Source: Ruminobacter sp. (GTDB lineage Bacteria; Pseudomonadota; Gammaproteobacteria; Enterobacterales; Succinivibrionaceae). From it: a stretch of DNA of 64,000 nucleotides. Below, one piece after another: positions 58,381 through 64,000 of this stretch. The translations under genes were made by a program, and so were the position numbers. The notes beneath the pieces are model-generated. The model saw only the letters and a list, made by a program, of their open reading frames with translations, was not told where the DNA came from and did not search any database. The stretch lies in NCBI GenBank assembly GCA_036311285.1, contig JAXJQF010000006.1:6144-70143 (forward strand), in the 5' to 3' direction. Position 1 is the stretch's first letter; every line of letters starts with the position of its first letter.

Positions 58381-59412
58381 ATGTCTATTACTGTAAAAGA
58401 ACTTGCCGAGATTGTACAAGGTAAGGTTATTGGTGATGGTGATGTAGCTGTTTGTAGATTAGCAAACCTAGGTACTGCTAAAGAAGATGAAGTAAGTTTT
58501 CTTTCGGATAAGAAAATGAAGCAGTATTTAGAAACTACAAACGCAGGTGTTGTTCTTGTAAAGGAACAAGATTTGCCAGATAATGTAAATAAGACTTTTA
58601 TTGTTGTTGCAGATCCATATGTTGCTTTTGCGAAAATCGCCAATGTTTTAGATACTACACCAAGAAGTTCTAATGGAATTCATTCAAGTGCAGTAGTTTC
58701 GCCATGTGCGATATTAGGTCAGAACGTAAGTATTGGTGCTAACTCTGTAATCGAAGATGGTGCTGAACTAGGTGATAATTGCCAAATAGGAGCGAATTGT
58801 TTTATTGGTAGAAATGCCAAAATTGGAAAGAATACAAAACTATGGGCAAATGTGTCTGTTTATCATGAATGTATAATAGGGGATAATTGTTTATTCCAAT
58901 CAGGTGCAGTTATTGGTTCAGATGGTTTTGGTTATGCTAATGAAAGAGGGGAATGGATTAAGATCCCTCAATTAGGTAGAGTAGTAATTGGGAATAGAGT
59001 AGAAATTGGTGCTAATACTTGTATTGATAGAGGCGCACTAGATGATACTATTATTTCAGATAATGTTATAATTGATAACCTTGTACAAGTTGCCCATAAT
59101 GATAAGATTGGATATGGAACTGCAATTGCTGGATGTACTACAATTGCGGGTTCTGTAGAAATTGGTAAGTACTGTATTATTGGCGGGACTTCTACATTTA
59201 ACGGTCATATAAAGGTCTGTGATGGTGTGCATGTTTTAGGACAGGTTCAATCAGATATAACAGAGCCAGGTGAATATCAAGCATATGTACCTGTGCAAAA
59301 AACTTTACAATGGAAGAGAAATTTATCAAGAATTCTTCACTTAAACGAATTTTATTTAAAATTTAAACAATTAGAGAAAGGTGTTCAAAACGCATCAGAA
59401 TCGAAGGAGTAA
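58381..59412 (+). CDS. lpxD: UDP-3-O-acylglucosamine N-acyltransferase
   Basis: Left-handed beta-helix hexapeptide repeats, with GSDGFGYA and the HN region VAHND. skp-lpxD-fabZ-lpxA-lpxB order. Confidence 0.94.
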   Translation: MSITVKELAEIVQGKVIGDGDVAVCRLANLGTAKEDEVSFLSDKKMKQYLETTNAGVVLVKEQDLPDNVNKTFIVVADPYVAFAKIANVLDTTPRSSNGIHSSAVVSPCAILGQNVSIGANSVIEDGAELGDNCQIGANCFIGRNAKIGKNTKLWANVSVYHECIIGDNCLFQSGAVIGSDGFGYANERGEWIKIPQLGRVVIGNRVEIGANTCIDRGALDDTIISDNVIIDNLVQVAHNDKIGYGTAIAGCTTIAGSVEIGKYCIIGGTSTFNGHIKVCDGVHVLGQVQSDITEPGEYQAYVPVQKTLQWKRNLSRILHLNEFYLKFKQLEKGVQNASESKE

Positions 59413-59416
59413 GAAA

Positions 59417-59878
59417 TTGAGTAATGAAAATAAAGAATTAGATATTCAAGAAATTTTAGAACTTTTACCACATCGTTATCCATTTTTACTCGTTGATAGA
59501 GTTTTAAGTTATAACATCGATGGCGAACATAAGACTTTACGAGGCTTAAAGAATGTTTCTTTTAATGAACCTTTCTTTACAGGTCATTTCCCTGGCAAGC
59601 CAGTATTACCAGGTGTTTTAATTCTTGAAGCAATGGCTCAAGCAACAGGTATTTTAGCGTTTACAATGGTTGGTAAGCCTCAAGCTGACGAACTATATTA
59701 TTTTGCATCAATTGATAATGCAAGATTTAAGCGTCCAGTAGTACCTGGTGATCAATTAATTTTAGACGTTGAATACTTAAAGGAACGTCGCGGTATCGCT
59801 AAGTTTACAGGCGTTGCTACTGTAAATGGTGAAGTTGTTTGTTCTGCAGATTTAATGTGTGCTAAGAGAAAAGGTTAA
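59417..59878 (+). CDS. fabZ: 3-hydroxyacyl-ACP dehydratase FabZ
   Basis: [17 protein letters not shown] and [26 protein letters not shown] 59417 was chosen because AAGGAG lies 7 nt upstream and it sits just after the lpxD stop. The ATG at 59381 would overlap lpxD and add a non-conserved extension. Confidence 0.9.
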   Translation: MSNENKELDIQEILELLPHRYPFLLVDRVLSYNIDGEHKTLRGLKNVSFNEPFFTGHFPGKPVLPGVLILEAMAQATGILAFTMVGKPQADELYYFASIDNARFKRPVVPGDQLILDVEYLKERRGIAKFTGVATVNGEVVCSADLMCAKRKG

Positions 59879-59899
59879 TTTTTTACCGGAGTAACATAG

Positions 59900-60691
59900 A
59901 TGATTGATTCAAGTGCAGTAATTCATCCATCGGCTATTATAAGTCCGAATGCTAAGATTGGTCCAAATGTTAAGATTGGTCCATTTACTATTGTAGGCGA
60001 CGAAGTTGAAATTGGAGCAGATACATCTATTGCATCTCATTGCGTACTTAAAGGACCAACAAAAATAGGTCAAAGAAATAAGATATTTCAATATGTAACA
60101 ATTGGTGATGATTGCCAAGATAAGAAATTTGTAGAAGGCGAACGTACCTTTCTAGAAATTGGTGATGATAATGTGATTAGAGAATCATGTACATTTCATC
60201 GCGGTACGACTCAAGACCAATGCTTGACAAAGGTTGGTAGCCGTAATTTATTTATGGTTAATGTTCACGTGGCTCATGATTGTATAATTGGTGACGATTG
60301 TATTTTTGCTAATAATGCAACATTGGCGGGGCATGTTCATATTGGCAATTGGGTTATTTTTGGTGGTTTATCTGCAATTCATCAATTTGGTAGAGTTGGT
60401 GACCATGCGTTTGTTGCCGGTATGGCTGCTTTAAATCAAGATGTTCCTCCTTTTGTAATGGCTGCAGGTCATTATGCTAAACCTTTCGGTATTAACAAGG
60501 AAGGTTTAAAGAGAAGAGGATTTAGTCCGGAATCTATTTCTGCTATTCGTAAAGCTTATATGGTTATTTATAAGCAAGGAAAAACAGTAGAAGAAGCTGT
60601 TGTTGAATTAGAAACTATGCAAGAATCAGAACCGTCAATTGGTTTGTTAGTTGACTTCTTACGTAATAGTGGACGTGGTATTTGTCGCTAA
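59900..60691 (+). CDS. lpxA: Acyl-ACP--UDP-N-acetylglucosamine O-acyltransferase
   Basis: Hexapeptide repeats, with VAHDC.IGD and a helical C-terminal domain ([12 protein letters not shown]). Confidence 0.95.
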   Translation: MIDSSAVIHPSAIISPNAKIGPNVKIGPFTIVGDEVEIGADTSIASHCVLKGPTKIGQRNKIFQYVTIGDDCQDKKFVEGERTFLEIGDDNVIRESCTFHRGTTQDQCLTKVGSRNLFMVNVHVAHDCIIGDDCIFANNATLAGHVHIGNWVIFGGLSAIHQFGRVGDHAFVAGMAALNQDVPPFVMAAGHYAKPFGINKEGLKRRGFSPESISAIRKAYMVIYKQGKTVEEAVVELETMQESEPSIGLLVDFLRNSGRGICR

Positions 60692-61872
60692 TGAATAAGA
60701 CTGTATATGCAGTAGTTTGTGGTGAATCTTCAGGGGACCTTCTTGGTGCTGGCTTAATGTCGGCTATTATAAAGAGGGACCCTAATGCTTCTTTTATTGG
60801 CATCTTTGGTCCAAAAATGAGAGAGGTTGCTGGAAAAGCTGGTGTTACTAGTAAGCAACTTTTCGATATGGAACAGTTGTCAGTTATGGGGATTGGTGAG
60901 GTTATAAAGGCTTTACCAAGAATCCTATCAATCAGAAAAAAGTTAATTCAGAGTCTATTAAAGAATAAACCAACAGTTTATATTGGTATAGATGCTCCTG
61001 ATTTTAATTTGACAGTTGAATCAGTGTTAAAGAAAAATAATGTTCCAACAGTTCATTATGTAAGTCCATCTGTTTGGGCGTGGAGAACTAAACGTATCTT
61101 TAAAATCAAAGAAGCGACCAATATGGTTCTTTCTATTTTACCATTTGAAAAAGCTTTTTATGATAAGTATAACGTTCCATGTACTTATGTTGGACATAGA
61201 TTAGCAAAAGAAATCGATTCTTCTGAGCAATCATATTCTGCAAGAATGTATTTAGGTTTTCAGACTTTGAAGAGTACTCAAGTTGTTGGTGTTTTCCCAG
61301 GAAGTAGAGTACAAGAAATTAAGTATTTAACTCCTGTTTTTGCATGTGCAGCTTATAAACTTCAAATGACTTATCCTCAGATGAGATTTGTGTGTGCTAC
61401 TCCTACCAGAAAGAAGGCTGAGTTAATCAAATCTTTGTGGATACGTTATGCTCCTAATATTCCATTAACGATATGGGTAGGAATGTCAAGAGAAGTAATG
61501 ATGGCTTCTAACGCATTGATGATTGCGTCAGGAACTGCCACATTAGAAGCAATGCTTTTAAAGCGTCCAATGGTTGTATGCTATATTTTAAATGCACTTA
61601 CTGCGATAATTGCACGTAGAGCATTACAGGTTGATTGTTATTCATTACCGAACTTAATATCAGGAAAGAGACTTGTTCCTGAATTAATGCAAGAGGATTG
61701 TACTTCAGACAATATATATGAAGAGATATCAAATATTTTTAACAGTAATGATATAGAGTTGTATCAAGAGTTTGATAGAATTCATAAAGAAATGTCTATT
61801 GATTCTGATCGCTTAGCTGCTGATGCAGTTTTTAAGGTTATCATCGAGCATTATCAAAAAAATAGTAAATAG
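60691..61872 (+). CDS. lpxB: Lipid-A-disaccharide synthase
   Basis: GESSGDLLGAGL, DAPDFNL, YVSPSVWAWR and SGTATLE. ATG 60691 overlaps the lpxA stop (TAATG); the ORF opens at TTG 60682. Confidence 0.93.
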   Translation: MNKTVYAVVCGESSGDLLGAGLMSAIIKRDPNASFIGIFGPKMREVAGKAGVTSKQLFDMEQLSVMGIGEVIKALPRILSIRKKLIQSLLKNKPTVYIGIDAPDFNLTVESVLKKNNVPTVHYVSPSVWAWRTKRIFKIKEATNMVLSILPFEKAFYDKYNVPCTYVGHRLAKEIDSSEQSYSARMYLGFQTLKSTQVVGVFPGSRVQEIKYLTPVFACAAYKLQMTYPQMRFVCATPTRKKAELIKSLWIRYAPNIPLTIWVGMSREVMMASNALMIASGTATLEAMLLKRPMVVCYILNALTAIIARRALQVDCYSLPNLISGKRLVPELMQEDCTSDNIYEEISNIFNSNDIELYQEFDRIHKEMSIDSDRLAADAVFKVIIEHYQKNSK

Positions 61873-61932
61873 ATTGTTTGATTTGTCATAGATTAATAAT
61901 CATAAAAATTTAATATTAGTTTATTTAACAGT

Positions 61933-61958
61933 AAAAACTAGTTATGCTAGTTTTTGTT
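61933..61958 (+). terminator. Terminator-like hairpin between lpxB and rnhB
   Basis: AAAAACTAG-TTATG-CTAGTTTTT followed by GTT. Confidence 0.55.
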
Positions 61959-61986
61959 GTTTCTAGGAAAGGAGTTGGATATTATC

Positions 61987-62604
61987 ATGGCTGAAATAAT
62001 TTTACCGTTTGAATACCCTGTTCCTAAAAGTGAATGTGTATATGCAGGAACGGATGAGGTTGGTAGAGGGCCATTAGTAGGGAACGTCGTTGCTGCGGCT
62101 GTTATTCTTGATCCATCTGTAAAAATTGAAGGTCTTACAGATTCTAAAAAGTTATCAGAAAAGAAACGAGAAGCTTTATTTCCAATTATAATGGAGAAAG
62201 CTTTAGCTATTGGTATTGGCGAGGCTAGTCCGGCTGAAATAGATGAAATCAATATCCTGTGGGCGTCTATGCTAGCAATGGAAAGAGCGGTAGCAAATTT
62301 AAAGATAGAGCCTAACATGGTTTTAGTGGATGGTAATAGAATTCCGAAAAACTTAGGAATTCCTGCGATTTCAGTAGTTAAAGGCGACGCTAGAGTTGAA
62401 GAAATAAGTGCAGCATCGATTGTTGCTAAAGTAATAAGAGATCGTCAGTTAATAGAGTTAGACCAAAAATATCCTCAGTATGGTTTTGCTTCTCATAAAG
62501 GATATCCAACAGCAGCACATTTAGAAGCTATCAATAAATATGGCTTATTACCAGAGTATCGTAAAAGCTTTGGTCCAGTGAAGAAATTATTAGGTTTAGA
62601 TTAG
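61987..62604 (+). CDS. rnhB: Ribonuclease HII
   Basis: [37 protein letters not shown] and SIVAK. ATG 61987 was chosen because the upstream part of the ORF lies inside the 61933-61958 hairpin. Confidence 0.92.
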   Translation: MAEIILPFEYPVPKSECVYAGTDEVGRGPLVGNVVAAAVILDPSVKIEGLTDSKKLSEKKREALFPIIMEKALAIGIGEASPAEIDEINILWASMLAMERAVANLKIEPNMVLVDGNRIPKNLGIPAISVVKGDARVEEISAASIVAKVIRDRQLIELDQKYPQYGFASHKGYPTAAHLEAINKYGLLPEYRKSFGPVKKLLGLD

Positions 62605-62626
62605 TTAATTATAAGGCATAGCTAAA

Positions 62627-64000
62627 ATGACTCAGCTTATAGATAGTTTTGTCCATTTATACGTTCATACAGATTACTCTATGGATGATGGGTTAATGGA
62701 TGTAAATGGTGTAGTGTCTCTGGCAAAGAAGCTAGGAATGCCTGCTGTATCTATAACTGATAAGATGAATCAGTGTAATGCCGTAAAGCTATGTGAGTGT
62801 GGTCGAGCTAAAGGTGTTAAACCTATTTACGGTATTGAATTAATTGTTTATGACGATACCTCAAAGAATATTGTTAATAAAGAGTTTTATAAAATTAAAC
62901 TATATGCCATGAATAAGATTGGCTATAGAAATATCGTTGAACTTCAATCTGATGGATGGCGTCAAGGTAGTATTGATTATAAAACTTGTGTAAAGAAGAG
63001 TTGGCTAGAGAAGTATTCTCAAGGGGTAATTTGTTTATCTGGTGGAATATTTGGGGATGTTGCTAAAGCTATCTTTGAGGGGAATAAGGATGTAATTCAA
63101 GAAAAGATTGATTTTTATAAAAGAATTTATCCAAACAGATTTTATATCGAACTTACTCGTTGTGGACAATCTGGTGAGAATGAGTATATTGCGAAGGCTG
63201 TACAGTTTGCAAAGAATAACAATATCCCTATTGTAGCTACTAATCCAGTAATGTTTGCAACAGAACAGGATTATGAAATTCATAAGATTAGAACAGCGAT
63301 TCAAGCGAAAGTCGTTTTAAGCGATCCGAAATGGAATGATCCATATACACCAAAGATGTATATGCGTTCTGTTGAAGAGATGAAGGAGTTGTTCTCAGAC
63401 TTACTTGAGGCGATTCAAAATACTGTCGCAATAGCGATGCGTTGTTCTGTTCCTATTTTGCTTGGTAAAAATTTCTTGCCACATATTGATACAGGTAATT
63501 TGACTGAAGCTGAATATCTGACAAAGATGTCATATGAGGGACTTGAAGAAAGGTTAAGATTTTTATATCCAGATGAAGCTGAATACGAGAAACAAAAACC
63601 AAGATATGTACAGAGATTACAAGTAGAATTAGATGTTATTATTAACATGCAATTCCCGGGTTATTTCTTAATTGTGATGGAGTTTATTCAATGGTCAAAG
63701 AATAATGGCGTGCCAGTTGGACCAGGAAGAGGTTCAGGTGGAGGTTCGTTAGTAGCATATGCCATTAAGATTACAGACTTTGATCCATTAAGATTCGATC
63801 TACTTTTTGAACGTTTTCTAAACCCAGAGCGTGTGTCGATGCCTGACTTTGACGTTGACTTCTGTACAAATAATCGTGATAGAGTAATTAAGCATGTAGC
63901 TGATCTGTATGGCCGTCAAGCTGTGTCTCAGATTATCACTTTTGGAACACTTGCTGCTAAGGCTTCAGTTAAAAGTGTTGCAAGAGTAATGGGAAAGAGC
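62627..64000 (+). CDS. dnaE: DNA polymerase III alpha subunit, N-terminal 458 codons (3'-truncated by window edge)
   Basis: Frame is open from ATG 62627 to the window end. PHP domain [15 protein letters not shown], then [20 protein letters not shown] and [21 protein letters not shown]. Confidence 0.95.
   Translation, partial: MTQLIDSFVHLYVHTDYSMDDGLMDVNGVVSLAKKLGMPAVSITDKMNQCNAVKLCECGRAKGVKPIYGIELIVYDDTSKNIVNKEFYKIKLYAMNKIGYRNIVELQSDGWRQGSIDYKTCVKKSWLEKYSQGVICLSGGIFGDVAKAIFEGNKDVIQEKIDFYKRIYPNRFYIELTRCGQSGENEYIAKAVQFAKNNNIPIVATNPVMFATEQDYEIHKIRTAIQAKVVLSDPKWNDPYTPKMYMRSVEEMKELFSDLLEAIQNTVAIAMRCSVPILLGKNFLPHIDTGNLTEAEYLTKMSYEGLEERLRFLYPDEAEYEKQKPRYVQRLQVELDVIINMQFPGYFLIVMEFIQWSKNNGVPVGPGRGSGGGSLVAYAIKITDFDPLRFDLLFERFLNPERVSMPDFDVDFCTNNRDRVIKHVADLYGRQAVSQIITFGTLAAKASVKSVARVMGKS

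Noticed and set aside
1-64000. Scan for tRNA/rRNA genes, CRISPR arrays, IS elements, integrases, toxin-antitoxin or defence gene clusters, and shared repeat families among the terminators (uptake-sequence-like motifs)
   Set aside because: By eye, none was found. All intergenic regions are short or AT-rich, with no tRNA-like GC-rich cloverleaf segments. The terminator stems all differ from one another. No ORF has transposase, integrase or nuclease hallmarks. A tRNAscan, Infernal or repeat-finder run would be needed to exclude small elements rigorously.

Overview
Visibly AT-rich window (about one-third G+C by eye, not computed) that is almost entirely coding. It comes from a gammaproteobacterial chromosome whose gene order mirrors Vibrio/Shewanella/enteric chromosomes. 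I can place about 60 protein genes, and all have recognisable housekeeping identities. In order they are: pilO'(3' end)-pilP-pilQ-aroK-aroB-damX-like-rpe-gph-trpS; an RND efflux pair (adaptor + pump); argD; crp; a PlsC-family acyltransferase; a group IV (ornithine/lysine-type) PLP decarboxylase; a five-gene minor-pilin operon (fimT-pilV-pilW-pilX-pilE, no pilY1); rlmJ; yheS (ABC-F); pdxT-pdxS with divergent MocR-type pdxR; slyD; thiI; yajL; panE; xseB-ispA-dxs; yajQ; ampG; nqrABCDEF; glnD; map; then rpsB-tsf-pyrH-frr-uppS-cdsA-dxr-rseP-bamA-skp-lpxD-fabZ-lpxA-lpxB-rnhB-dnaE'(5' part). Reading by eye I saw no rRNA, tRNA, CRISPR array, IS/transposase, integrase, phage or obvious defence genes. 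I did not find a convincing novel multi-gene system, and I judge this a largely ordinary core region. The points worth a second look are small-scale. (1) A G/C-run leader with mutually exclusive hairpins sits upstream of the decarboxylase. (2) A near-consensus CRP box lies upstream of crp. (3) The minor-pilin operon lacks pilY1, and its FimT-like member has an unusually long leader peptide. (4) A pdxST/pdxR module with a candidate operator palindrome lies between yheS and slyD. (5) SlyD carries a Cys/His-rich tail. (6) The damX-position gene is an AAA-SPOR fusion and dam is absent. (7) A 19-codon ORF has a very strong Shine-Dalgarno. All protein identifications rest on motifs and remembered similarity to well-known (mostly E. 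coli/Vibrio) proteins, not on database searches.
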